A stretch of 64,000 bases of DNA from Candidatus Tiddalikarchaeum anstoanum (lineage in GTDB: Archaea; Nanobdellota; Nanobdellia; Tiddalikarchaeales; Tiddalikarchaeaceae): contig CABMEV010000013.1 of NCBI GenBank assembly GCA_902385255.1, positions 14,047 through 78,046 of the forward strand. Direction: 5' to 3'. The notes below the pieces were generated by a model that saw only the letters and a list, made by a program, of their open reading frames with translations, made no database searches and had not been told where the DNA came from. Both the position numbers and the translations under genes were made by a program. Each line of letters begins with the position of its first letter. The first letter of the stretch is position 1. Shown here in pieces: positions 54,749 through 64,000 of the stretch.

Positions 54749-57700
54749 ATGGTAATTAAAAATGAAGCAAGAAATGTATTATTAATACTTTTAATACTTT
54801 TAGTGCCTGCTGTGACATTCGCTGCAAGAGCATACATCAGCTTCAATGTTAACGGCGTATTAGTGTCAAGCGACGGCTTCCCAATATCAAGCAGCGTCAA
54901 ACTGAACTGTTCATGCAATAATTACCCTTCATCACTTGCAAAATTTGAAACCACCACAACAACAGACCCAGCCAGCGGGGCATACTTAATATCAACAATT
55001 AATACACCTCTTTCATGCCCTTACACAGCATGCACGTTCACATGTACAGTAATCCCAACAAGCCTGTCACCTTATGCCACATCCACTTTCCAAGTAGGGC
55101 CATTCACAGGCACTTACACATCATACTTTAACAGGACAATAGATGTAACATACCAGTCCAATCTTGACTTTGGAGGAACATTCTCATCAGCGGCGGCTAA
55201 GATATCACAATCACCTTTCATATTCACATTCACCCCAAGCATAGCAGTCAACGACTGCAGATTCAGCACAAGCAGCATAGGATATTATTCGATGACTGCA
55301 GGCAGCATGACAAAGAATGGCACTGCTGATTATGTCGGAAACTATTCCAACCCAAACACAGGAGAGTACACAAGCAACTTATTCGTCAGCTGCCAAAATA
55401 GCCTGACGACAAAAACCAACAATAACACTTACACCTTCGACTTCGCACCGCCAAAAATAGTGACAGTATCAAACACGCCAGGGTATTATTCAACAGTTCT
55501 GCAAAACATGAATATCACCACGGACACGTTAAGCAAGTGCAGCCTGACAGCGAATTACAGCGATGCAAACAAGTGCCAGACAAACTACAGCAGTTTTATA
55601 ACATGCCCATTGACATTCACACCTTCCCCAAGCGGCTCGTACGATTTTCCAGTATCATGCATTGATGAAACAGGCAACAAGAATAACAGTGCAGTAATCA
55701 TAAATTACGTAATAGACATAACTCCCCCAAGTACGGCAGTGAGCGGACAAACCGCATTCGAGAAGGGCTCAACAGGGACGCCTTTTAACTGGACGTTAGA
55801 GGACCCTCTTGTAAACTCTGCACACCCGGGAACTTATTATATATACTTGAATAATACACAAATTGATAACAACACGTGGGATGCGAATAATTTCATAATA
55901 AACAGCGGATACATAGACACGTCAACGACTGCATTTTACAACTACACTTTGTACGTAAAAGACTTTATGGCTAACACTAATTCAAGCACAGTATTCGTAT
56001 CAATAGGAGATACTACTCCTCCTTTATTCACCATAAACACACCTATTAACAATCAAGTATACAGTTCAAGTGTACTGCTTAATCTAACATCTGCTTCAGC
56101 AGACGTTAATGAATGCTTCGTTAACGCTACAGGATCAAACACTACAATGAACAGGGTTGGAAGCTCTTTCACCCTGCCTGCAATATTCACTAACGGTTCG
56201 AAATACTTAATGTTCTACTGCAATGATACATCCAATAACTTAAACAGTGCAGGAATACATTTTACAATCGATGCCGTACCGCCGGTTATAATATCACCTG
56301 GCGATAAAACATTCAGCGTAAACTCCACTCAAACAATTATCTTCCAGCTTTATGACTTCGCCCAAGGAGGATGGTATTATTTCACGCTAAATGGAACAAA
56401 TTACGCCTCTGTTAACAACTGGACCAGTACTGCTAATAATGTATCATTAACAATAGACACTAACCGCGGCGTAGGATTATGGAATTATACAATCTTTGCA
56501 AATGACAGCTTTGGTAATACTAACACTTCGGCAGTAATGGTAACAATAATAGATGATGTCAGCCCTGTATTAACAATAAATTCCCCAAGCAATAACCAAT
56601 TATTTATGACTGCCCCAAATTTTAATATAACAACCAATGAAGCTGTTATTGGGTGCAACTTAAGCATTGATAATTTAGAGAACCAGTCAATGGCTGAGTT
56701 ATCAGCGAATAATTTCGGATTAATCACTTCGGTAATCGACGGCAGCCATAACGTAACATTTTACTGCACAGATAATTATAATAATAAAGGATTTAACACT
56801 GCAAATTTCAGCGTTGACTTAAACCCTCCTTACATAATCAGCCATGCATCATACGCGAAGTATTCAATGAACAGCACGAACAATATTAGCTGGGTATTAG
56901 GCGACGCGTACAAAACAGGCTATTATAAAATATTAATAAATGATACTTTATACACTCCGATAACAAGCTGGGTTAACAATTCTTTATTCAATATAACTGT
57001 TGACACTAATAGGGGAATAAGCTACTGGAATTATACAATAGTATATAATGACAGCATTGGAAGAGAGAATACTGATTCAGTATTCCTGGATGTAGTTGAT
57101 GATATCTCCCCAGCAATCACGATAAAATCACCAGGCAACAATGAGATGTTCACGTCAAATCCCAGATTCAACATCACAGTCAGCGAGACAGTAATTGGAT
57201 GCGGCTTAAGCATTGATTATGGAATTAACCAAAGCATGGATGCCTTGTCAGGATTAGATTACGGACTTATCACTACTGCAGCCGACGGCAACCACAACTT
57301 AACCTATTATTGTACAGACAATTACAATAATGTCGGAACTAATTCAACAACATTTAGAACAGACACTTATCCTCCTTACATTATTACAGCGCCTTTAGTT
57401 GACGTTTTCGAATTTAACAGCACAGGAAGCATTAACTGGACAATAGGGGACTCTTATCCAAGCACAGGGTTTTATTACGTACTCGTAAACGGGACAGCTT
57501 ATTATCCAATAACAATCTGGGCTAACAATTCTTTATTCAACATACCTGTTGACACTAATAGGGGTGTAGGATTATGGAATTATTCACTAATATTCAACGA
57601 CTCAGCAGGCCATACAGCAAGCAATAATTACTTGTTAAGCATAGTTGACACTCTTCCTCCAATAGTTGGAGTCGTAATAATGCAGGACCATGGTGCTGGA

Positions 57701-60700
57701 ACATGGATATTATCAAATATTACAAGACTGCAATGCACCAATGACGAAGCGGGAGCGCACTTCAATTTCGCTTACGCATTAGACGACTATGTTTGGACAA
57801 ACATAACAGGGTGCCAGAATGATATTGACGGATTATGCGACTGGACAATACCGAGAGAGACAAAAGATTTCAATATTAGCTGCACCGCCACAGATAATTA
57901 CAGTAATACAGGCGGCTACGCTTATAATAATTACGCAGGGCTTGACATGAGTCCTCCAACAATAAGTTTAATACCTTTTTCATTAATTTACACAGAACCT
58001 TTTACAATCTCGGTTGACGCGAACGATGCATACATAGGCGTTGCAAACGTCACGTACTGGTATACGAATATTACAGGGTCTTACTTAATCGGGACAAACA
58101 ATACTTCACCTTTCAACTATACATGGACTGTACCTTTTGACTTAGAGAACAAGTACATCAACATAAGCGCCAGCGCTTATGACTATGCAGGATGGGGCCC
58201 TGCAACAGATACCCTATCAAGCATCGGCGTTAACATGGTAGAAGAGCCTCCGGTTGCAATATTCTCAATGAATAAAGCATTGGATGGGAATACCACCAGA
58301 CTCCTTGATGCAACAGGAAGCTATGACAATGACTTCGCAGTTGACAACACACAAATATACTATAATTATCAGATAAGCAATGACAACAACACGTACACAA
58401 ACATAACAGGGTGCACAGACATAAACACGACTTGTTTATGGGATACTACACTAACTTACCCAACCTGCATGCAGGGAGATTCTTGTTATGTAAGAAGCGA
58501 AGTTTACGACTATTATTATAAAACAAACAGCAACGTGGAAATGTATTATATAGATAATACTCCTCCGGGAATAACACTAAACCCTTTAAGCAACCATATA
58601 ATGTCAGGCGATAATCAGACAATAATCTGCCAGGCAAACGACACTTACGACTTTGACAACTTATTCAATATGACATTAATCGCTTACTTCGACAACGGCA
58701 CAGGATACGCCATGCATGTGTTAAATACTACATCAAATACTGATACGATCCGTACAGACTGGATGTTAAATGCAGGATGGCCAAACCAACAGGGAATAAT
58801 AATACAATGCAGCGCTACGGACGGCAATAATTTTACAGGAATCTCAAACAGCACGAGTATCGGACTGGAAAGAGTCGGACCTTACTTCTGGAATGACTCG
58901 ATGAACGTTTCGCAGAATTCAGTGCTTGGAATTGGAGGAATAGTAAAATACTCCGACTACGTAAATGATACATTCCCAGGCGTTGACCAAGTATACTTTG
59001 ACACCAGCAACGGATTATTAAAAGCGAATGCTGGAATGACAAGCGGAGAATACTATTACAATGAAATCTGCACAAGCACTAACATAATAATCTGGAATGG
59101 CACATTAGCCAATGACACTATAGGAAATCCTAATATTACAACATTTGCCACACCTCACTCTTGGTATTGTGATACCAGCAGCCCAGAAATAACAAGCTGC
59201 GGAATAAATACATCAAATACATTATACAAGGGCGAAGTTTCAAGGTTAAGCTGCACAGTAACAGACATAGGTTTTAGCACTGTAAATACTGTATTATTCA
59301 CAACTAACAGGGAGTTTAAGGCAAATAATACAGGGAATACTTATTTTGAAGACTTCATCTGCAACGAGTCAAATAGCGGCAATTACACTTGGAGCAGCGT
59401 ATTCGCAAATGATTCATTAAATAACAGCGGACAAATACTCGTGAATAAGTGGGTTAATTGTGACGCTAATCCTCCAGTAATATCCTCACCTATTGCCAGC
59501 CCAGACACCGTAAACCAGTACGAGAGCGTATGCATAACAGTGAACGTAACGGACAATAACCCTAACATGGTCAGGCTGAATATGAGAAGGCCTGATGCGA
59601 CAACATTCTATGTTAACATGAACAAGAGCGGCGTTTTTGGATGCGGAGGAGAATTTTACAATAATACTTACACGTACGGTTATAACTTGACGCTAAACCA
59701 GCAGGGAGTATATTATATAACACAAGTTTACGCTGATGATGAAGGATTACAGTGGAGCACTATTAATCCAAACACTCCAATATTCTCAATGGACAACCAG
59801 CCTCCAATAATTGAAAACGTAACCCTTCTTGGAGGAAAATATTTCACAAAAGGATGGGAGAACAGCACTTTCAGAGCCAGCGTATACGACCAGGGACTAA
59901 GCGGAGTTGATAAAGTATTGTTCGAATTCAGCGGAGTAAACGAGACTGGAATTTACAATACAAGCAGTTATTATGATTACACTTTCACATGCGCAGGAAG
60001 CTGGGAGCAGGAGAATAATTATACACTAACACACGTTATTGCCAATGATACTAACGGCAACAAGGCAGCGATAAGCGAGAACATATCAATAGTCTGCGAC
60101 ACCAAACCTCCATTAATAACAGATACTACTGTTAACTCATTAAACATACTGCAATATGACAGTGTCTGCATAAGCGCGAACGTTACAGATTCATTCATAA
60201 AAGGAGTCTGGGCAAACCTCTACATTAACGGCACATTAACAAGCATTAACCTAACGAGTCCTTCACCTTGCGGTGCCGGGACTTTTGGCGCGTATTATAC
60301 TGCAATAACCCAGAATAATATATTACTCAACTCAACAAGCGCGATAGACTTTTCAGGAAACTATAATGAAAGCTTTGCAAACATCACCGTGCAGGTTGTT
60401 GCATCATTTTATCCTTCAATAATGAACTGCACACTTAATAATTCAGTACTCCACATCGGCGACATTGGAAAACTAAGCTGCGATATCAGGGACAACGAAG
60501 GAGTTGACACTGCATGGTTCTCAAAATATGACAATAAAACGAGCACCACATCCAATATCACAATGAGCACTGAAGGACTCACAACTTACTACTACAATTT
60601 TGCCTGCGACGCGCAGTCTTATAATTATACAATAGGCAGAGTATTCGCAAATGATACAGACACCATAACGCATACTAACAGTACTATTGTCAACTTGAAC

Positions 60701-63685
60701 GTGTACTGTGACATGCAGCCTCCGAAGATTAATAATATTCAATTTAGCAGCAACAAGTCATACCAGTACAGTACTATATGCGTGAATGCCACGATTACAG
60801 ATGATATGCAGTTAGGTGATGTATGGTTAGAATTATACGAGCCTTACATTGGTGCTTATTGGAAACAGATGAGCAAGACTGCCACTTGCGCATTCGGAAA
60901 CAACACTTATGGTGCGGATATAGAATTATACGAGCCTGGATTTTATGAAATATTCAGAATCGGCGCAGTAGACTACTTGAATAATTATAATGAGACTTGG
61001 ATAAACCAGACTGTTGAATCAGTGGATAATTCAATACCTAGTGTTATAATACAAAGCCCTGTCAATGCAACATACGGTTCATCAAATGTGACACTAACAT
61101 ATTATGCTAATAATGAAATCATAACCAACCAATGGTACGTATTGGACGCTAACCCTATTGTTTACTCAGGAAACTCCACCATAATAACAGGTTTAAGCGC
61201 AGGCTCCCACAAGATAACTACGTACATAAACGATACTTATGGAAATGTAGGAAGCAATAGCGTAATGTTTACAATAAATACCACTGTATTCAGGAATGAC
61301 CTGCAGGTAAATAGTTTAGAACTGCCTTACAAACCAATCGTGTCATACCCAGGATATGGGTATTATTTAATAAACTCAAACATCACCAACAAAGGAGATC
61401 GTGATGCAGTAGATGTTAAAATAAAATATTACGACAACGGCGTATTATTTTATAACGACACAATTAACATATTATTCAACGCCACAACTCAATCGGAAGC
61501 TCACTGGCAGGATTTCACAATAGGACTGCATAACATAACTGTAATCGCTGAACCTCAGCAGAACGAGACTAATGTATTGGATAATTCGAAGACAGGAATT
61601 ACAACAGCAGTATACTTAATAGATGATGTTTCAGTTTCAACAGCCACGCCTGACACCGTCGCACCGAACACGTCATTCATAACAAGAGTTTACGAATACA
61701 GCGATGTTGGAGGCTCATTAAGCATAACCAATCACTTAATACCTCATCCGTCATTAATAATTAACGGCGACTCATTTAACACCAGCACAATAAACTGGCA
61801 CGTATTAAACACAGTAACTTACCACATGACCAGCCCAGGAACTCTTGGAACTTATTACGTATCTACAGATTCATGGATTAACGGCTTCCCTGGAAATAAG
61901 ACAACCAACGAGACTGTAGAAGTAATAAATCCTCACTCGCCGCTCTTCTCGATAGACTTGACAATAATCCCTCCAAGTTTCGAACCATGGATAGAGAATA
62001 CAGTAATAGCAGACATATTCAATTATGGTAATACAACAGCCCATAACGTGAACGCTACACTAAACATGCCAGCAGGAATCAGCTTAATAAGCGGAAACGT
62101 CACGCAGCACTTTGGCGACTTAGTTAACGGTTCATCAATACAGGCAATATGGACTGTGCGCGCAGATTATTCAGGAAGCTTCACACTGGGAGTTAACGCT
62201 TCATGCGATGAGGATACAGCTTCAGAGAATCAGTCATTCAGCGATGATGCAATATTACAAGTAGACCACGTTGATTACCCAACAAGCGTAAAAGTCGACG
62301 GCAACGCTACAATAATAGTCTACATAAATAATGCAGGAGGAAACGCGACTAATGTCAATGTACAATTAGTGCCGGCTGTTAATATGACAGTGTCAGGCAA
62401 TCAGACTTTAAAGACAGTCAATATACCGCAAAACAGCGCGAATTACTCAGTAAGTTTCGATGTCAACCTTAAGAACAGCGGAGACAACCAAGCATTCAAA
62501 CTAGTATTAACACATACGCCAACAAGTTATTATGAAGAGTATACAGGCCACATAAATGTGTGGAGGGATACTACACCACCAAGCGGTACGCCGGTAGTCA
62601 CAGGTTATTCAACAGTTAACGGAAAGAACGTACTCCAATGGACTCCTATCAGCGAAGCATATTATTATTATATCTATAAGGGAATTAATGGAGAAACAGA
62701 CTTTAACAAGACAGGCTATTCTGCAATAGTGCCAAGCACTACAACAAGCTGGATTGACAATAATGTTGAACTTAACAAATGGTATTATTACCGTATCACT
62801 GCAGTTGACGAAGTAGGCAATATAGGAAATTTCAGCGAGTACGTAAGAGTCATCCCAGTTGATACGTACCAGATTGACAGGGAACTTGAACAACTGCAGA
62901 GACAACTAGACCAATTCGTTAACAATCAGACAATAACACAGAGAGAGGAAGCAATGATAACTCAGATAGATGCGAACATAAGCAGGTTATACAATGATAT
63001 ACTAATATTATCAAACATTAGCAGATTGTTAACACCTGAACAAGCAGCAGCAATATCCAGTATAAGACATACTCTCATCGACGCCAAGAACCAGGAAGAC
63101 CCGGGTCTTAGAAAGACATACTTACTGCAGGCTGAGTACGAGTTTGCATTATTCAACAGGGGAGGTTACAGCGTAGGATTGCAGGAATTGCATGATAATA
63201 GGAATGCCGGAAACTTATCAATAGACACGACAACTAACTTAGTTACAGCAACAATAAACGGAAGAACAAGCAATAAGTATACAATCATTAGAATTATAAC
63301 TAATCCTACGAATCTTACATTTGCGAATATCACACTGCAATTCCCAATACCTAATGATGCAGTATTCGAAGAGCAAGTTGCCACAAACGGAAGCCAATTA
63401 GTTTATAACATGACTGATTTAGCTCCGGGTGTTTCAACAAGCATAGAATACACTTATTATACATACTCAAACTTTGACAATAATGAACGAATCAGTATAA
63501 CTATGGTTCCAATACTTCCTCCAGCACCTTTAGAACCAGTAACAGGATTCATAAGTTTGGAGAAAATCGAACCTGGAAGCGCAAAATGGTACCTTACAGG
63601 AGTAGTCTGGATTGGAGTCATAATACTCACACTTACATACTTCTTCAAAGGAAAACTCCAAAGTTTAGCAAGCAAGATATTGTAA
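54749..63685 (+). CDS. giant (~2,980 aa) multi-domain, sequon-dense surface protein with N-terminal signal peptide and C-terminal TM anchor
   Basis: Uninterrupted 8.9-kb ORF. Signal-like MVIKNEARNVLLILLILLVPAVTFA. Repeated beta-rich modules, CARDB-like modules, an FN3 module (YYRITAVDEVGNIGNFSEYVRVIPVD) and a coiled coil. C-terminal TM WYLTGVVWIGVIILTLTYFF. An alternative TTG start lies at 54743. Confidence 0.85.
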   Translation: MVIKNEARNVLLILLILLVPAVTFAARAYISFNVNGVLVSSDGFPISSSVKLNCSCNNYPSSLAKFETTTTTDPASGAYLISTINTPLSCPYTACTFTCTVIPTSLSPYATSTFQVGPFTGTYTSYFNRTIDVTYQSNLDFGGTFSSAAAKISQSPFIFTFTPSIAVNDCRFSTSSIGYYSMTAGSMTKNGTADYVGNYSNPNTGEYTSNLFVSCQNSLTTKTNNNTYTFDFAPPKIVTVSNTPGYYSTVLQNMNITTDTLSKCSLTANYSDANKCQTNYSSFITCPLTFTPSPSGSYDFPVSCIDETGNKNNSAVIINYVIDITPPSTAVSGQTAFEKGSTGTPFNWTLEDPLVNSAHPGTYYIYLNNTQIDNNTWDANNFIINSGYIDTSTTAFYNYTLYVKDFMANTNSSTVFVSIGDTTPPLFTINTPINNQVYSSSVLLNLTSASADVNECFVNATGSNTTMNRVGSSFTLPAIFTNGSKYLMFYCNDTSNNLNSAGIHFTIDAVPPVIISPGDKTFSVNSTQTIIFQLYDFAQGGWYYFTLNGTNYASVNNWTSTANNVSLTIDTNRGVGLWNYTIFANDSFGNTNTSAVMVTIIDDVSPVLTINSPSNNQLFMTAPNFNITTNEAVIGCNLSIDNLENQSMAELSANNFGLITSVIDGSHNVTFYCTDNYNNKGFNTANFSVDLNPPYIISHASYAKYSMNSTNNISWVLGDAYKTGYYKILINDTLYTPITSWVNNSLFNITVDTNRGISYWNYTIVYNDSIGRENTDSVFLDVVDDISPAITIKSPGNNEMFTSNPRFNITVSETVIGCGLSIDYGINQSMDALSGLDYGLITTAADGNHNLTYYCTDNYNNVGTNSTTFRTDTYPPYIITAPLVDVFEFNSTGSINWTIGDSYPSTGFYYVLVNGTAYYPITIWANNSLFNIPVDTNRGVGLWNYSLIFNDSAGHTASNNYLLSIVDTLPPIVGVVIMQDHGAGTWILSNITRLQCTNDEAGAHFNFAYALDDYVWTNITGCQNDIDGLCDWTIPRETKDFNISCTATDNYSNTGGYAYNNYAGLDMSPPTISLIPFSLIYTEPFTISVDANDAYIGVANVTYWYTNITGSYLIGTNNTSPFNYTWTVPFDLENKYINISASAYDYAGWGPATDTLSSIGVNMVEEPPVAIFSMNKALDGNTTRLLDATGSYDNDFAVDNTQIYYNYQISNDNNTYTNITGCTDINTTCLWDTTLTYPTCMQGDSCYVRSEVYDYYYKTNSNVEMYYIDNTPPGITLNPLSNHIMSGDNQTIICQANDTYDFDNLFNMTLIAYFDNGTGYAMHVLNTTSNTDTIRTDWMLNAGWPNQQGIIIQCSATDGNNFTGISNSTSIGLERVGPYFWNDSMNVSQNSVLGIGGIVKYSDYVNDTFPGVDQVYFDTSNGLLKANAGMTSGEYYYNEICTSTNIIIWNGTLANDTIGNPNITTFATPHSWYCDTSSPEITSCGINTSNTLYKGEVSRLSCTVTDIGFSTVNTVLFTTNREFKANNTGNTYFEDFICNESNSGNYTWSSVFANDSLNNSGQILVNKWVNCDANPPVISSPIASPDTVNQYESVCITVNVTDNNPNMVRLNMRRPDATTFYVNMNKSGVFGCGGEFYNNTYTYGYNLTLNQQGVYYITQVYADDEGLQWSTINPNTPIFSMDNQPPIIENVTLLGGKYFTKGWENSTFRASVYDQGLSGVDKVLFEFSGVNETGIYNTSSYYDYTFTCAGSWEQENNYTLTHVIANDTNGNKAAISENISIVCDTKPPLITDTTVNSLNILQYDSVCISANVTDSFIKGVWANLYINGTLTSINLTSPSPCGAGTFGAYYTAITQNNILLNSTSAIDFSGNYNESFANITVQVVASFYPSIMNCTLNNSVLHIGDIGKLSCDIRDNEGVDTAWFSKYDNKTSTTSNITMSTEGLTTYYYNFACDAQSYNYTIGRVFANDTDTITHTNSTIVNLNVYCDMQPPKINNIQFSSNKSYQYSTICVNATITDDMQLGDVWLELYEPYIGAYWKQMSKTATCAFGNNTYGADIELYEPGFYEIFRIGAVDYLNNYNETWINQTVESVDNSIPSVIIQSPVNATYGSSNVTLTYYANNEIITNQWYVLDANPIVYSGNSTIITGLSAGSHKITTYINDTYGNVGSNSVMFTINTTVFRNDLQVNSLELPYKPIVSYPGYGYYLINSNITNKGDRDAVDVKIKYYDNGVLFYNDTINILFNATTQSEAHWQDFTIGLHNITVIAEPQQNETNVLDNSKTGITTAVYLIDDVSVSTATPDTVAPNTSFITRVYEYSDVGGSLSITNHLIPHPSLIINGDSFNTSTINWHVLNTVTYHMTSPGTLGTYYVSTDSWINGFPGNKTTNETVEVINPHSPLFSIDLTIIPPSFEPWIENTVIADIFNYGNTTAHNVNATLNMPAGISLISGNVTQHFGDLVNGSSIQAIWTVRADYSGSFTLGVNASCDEDTASENQSFSDDAILQVDHVDYPTSVKVDGNATIIVYINNAGGNATNVNVQLVPAVNMTVSGNQTLKTVNIPQNSANYSVSFDVNLKNSGDNQAFKLVLTHTPTSYYEEYTGHINVWRDTTPPSGTPVVTGYSTVNGKNVLQWTPISEAYYYYIYKGINGETDFNKTGYSAIVPSTTTSWIDNNVELNKWYYYRITAVDEVGNIGNFSEYVRVIPVDTYQIDRELEQLQRQLDQFVNNQTITQREEAMITQIDANISRLYNDILILSNISRLLTPEQAAAISSIRHTLIDAKNQEDPGLRKTYLLQAEYEFALFNRGGYSVGLQELHDNRNAGNLSIDTTTNLVTATINGRTSNKYTIIRIITNPTNLTFANITLQFPIPNDAVFEEQVATNGSQLVYNMTDLAPGVSTSIEYTYYTYSNFDNNERISITMVPILPPAPLEPVTGFISLEKIEPGSAKWYLTGVVWIGVIILTLTYFFKGKLQSLASKIL
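56009..57646 (+). repeat. three tandem ~543-549-nt (181-183 aa) two-domain coding repeats in the giant gene
   Basis: Unit starts at 56009 (DTTPPLFTINTP), 56552 (DDVSPVLTINSP) and 57098 (DDISPAITIKSP); next boundary at 57647 (DTLPPIVG). Conserved strings VDTNRG(V/I)(G/S)(L/Y)WNY and YCTDNYNN. Confidence 0.85.
59170..61030 (+). repeat. three tandem ~610-635-nt two-domain coding repeats (X-Y units) in the giant gene
   Basis: The recurring CD-x-x-PP-x-I boundary occurs at ~59459 (CDANPPVI), ~60094 (CDTKPPLI) and ~60706 (CDMQPPKI). X-type boundaries lie at ~59183, ~59798 and ~60409. Conserved NYT...ANDT and QY.S.C...VTD strings. Confidence 0.75.
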
Positions 63686-63698
63686 AAAAAAAGGAAGT

Positions 63699-63727
63699 AT
63701 TCGTTAATCTTTTAAAGACGAATTTTT
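63699..63727 (+). terminator. weak hairpin plus T-run after the giant gene
   Basis: ATTCGT (63699-63704) / ACGAAT (63718-63723), 13-nt loop, then TTTT. Confidence 0.25.
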
Positions 63728-63876
63728 AACAAAATAGATATGAAAATCAGCATCGTTGGCAAAAAAATAATACCACTAGAAATGAGGCAAAAAGAGAGGC
63801 CCATGGATACTGGACCTTTATGTTTATCCTCAGTTGAAATATAATGAAATTAACATGTCAGTGAAAGAGATATGGG

Positions 63877-64000
63877 ATGAAGTATACGCGAATTATCCTG
63901 TATATGCGAAGATGGATCCTTCACTTTGTCCGCTTTAACATGCTGTCAAACATAGCAGGAAAGCACGGATTAAACTCTGAACTATACCTGCATAATTTTT
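63877..64000 (+). CDS. 5' end of an unidentified ORF running off the window (partial)
   Basis: Frame open from ATG 63877 (MKYTRIILYMRRWILHFVRFNMLSNIAGKHGLNSELYLHNF...) to the window end. Too short to classify. Confidence 0.25.
   Translation, partial: MKYTRIILYMRRWILHFVRFNMLSNIAGKHGLNSELYLHNF

Noticed and set aside
63855-63938. 27-aa ORF (MSVKEIWDEVYANYPVYAKMDPSLCPL) as a frameshifted beginning of the terminal partial ORF
   Set aside because: The fragments are too short to establish homology or a frameshift. Only the frame open to the window end is reported, at low confidence.

Overview
AT-rich archaeal chromosome segment. Archaeal assignment rests on split RNAP B''/B' and A'/A'', EF-2/EF-1alpha, TFB, archease/RtcB, and L30e, S4e, L32e, L19e, L34e and L14e. 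The gene content looks genome-reduced and DPANN-like; that lineage call is inference. About two thirds of the window is the conserved information-processing superoperon. It comprises tRNA-Lys-rpoH-rpoB''-rpoB'-rpoA'-rpoA''-L30e-nusA-S12-S7, EF-2, EF-1alpha and S10. It continues with the complete L3-to-L15 ribosomal block (with aSUI1 and RNase P Rpp29), then secY, a DUF106/YidC-like gene, L34e, L14e, cbf5 and trm112. Operon-internal genes use a GGTGA Shine-Dalgarno. Several first genes sit 26-30 nt downstream of TATA-like boxes, suggesting leaderless mRNAs. Accessory content includes tRNA-Cys fused upstream of cysS, an apparently frameshifted DUF362/ferredoxin gene, and two GT-C glycosyltransferases. 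It also includes a compact B12-dependent RNR with a corrinoid adenosyltransferase, a rhomboid protease, an N-terminally extended TFB, a large NTase-domain protein, archease-RtcB, and several orphan genes. The most unusual region is 52.4-63.7 kb. It is a self-contained two-gene unit. The first gene encodes a Gly-zipper/polyNQ membrane protein. It is translationally coupled to a ~2,980-aa, sequon-saturated, repeat-built, C-terminally anchored surface protein. Several ribosomal proteins carry long Lys/Glu(/His)-rich extensions, and two of these share an identical 30-nt stretch. I saw no rRNA, CRISPR array or recognisable mobile element.
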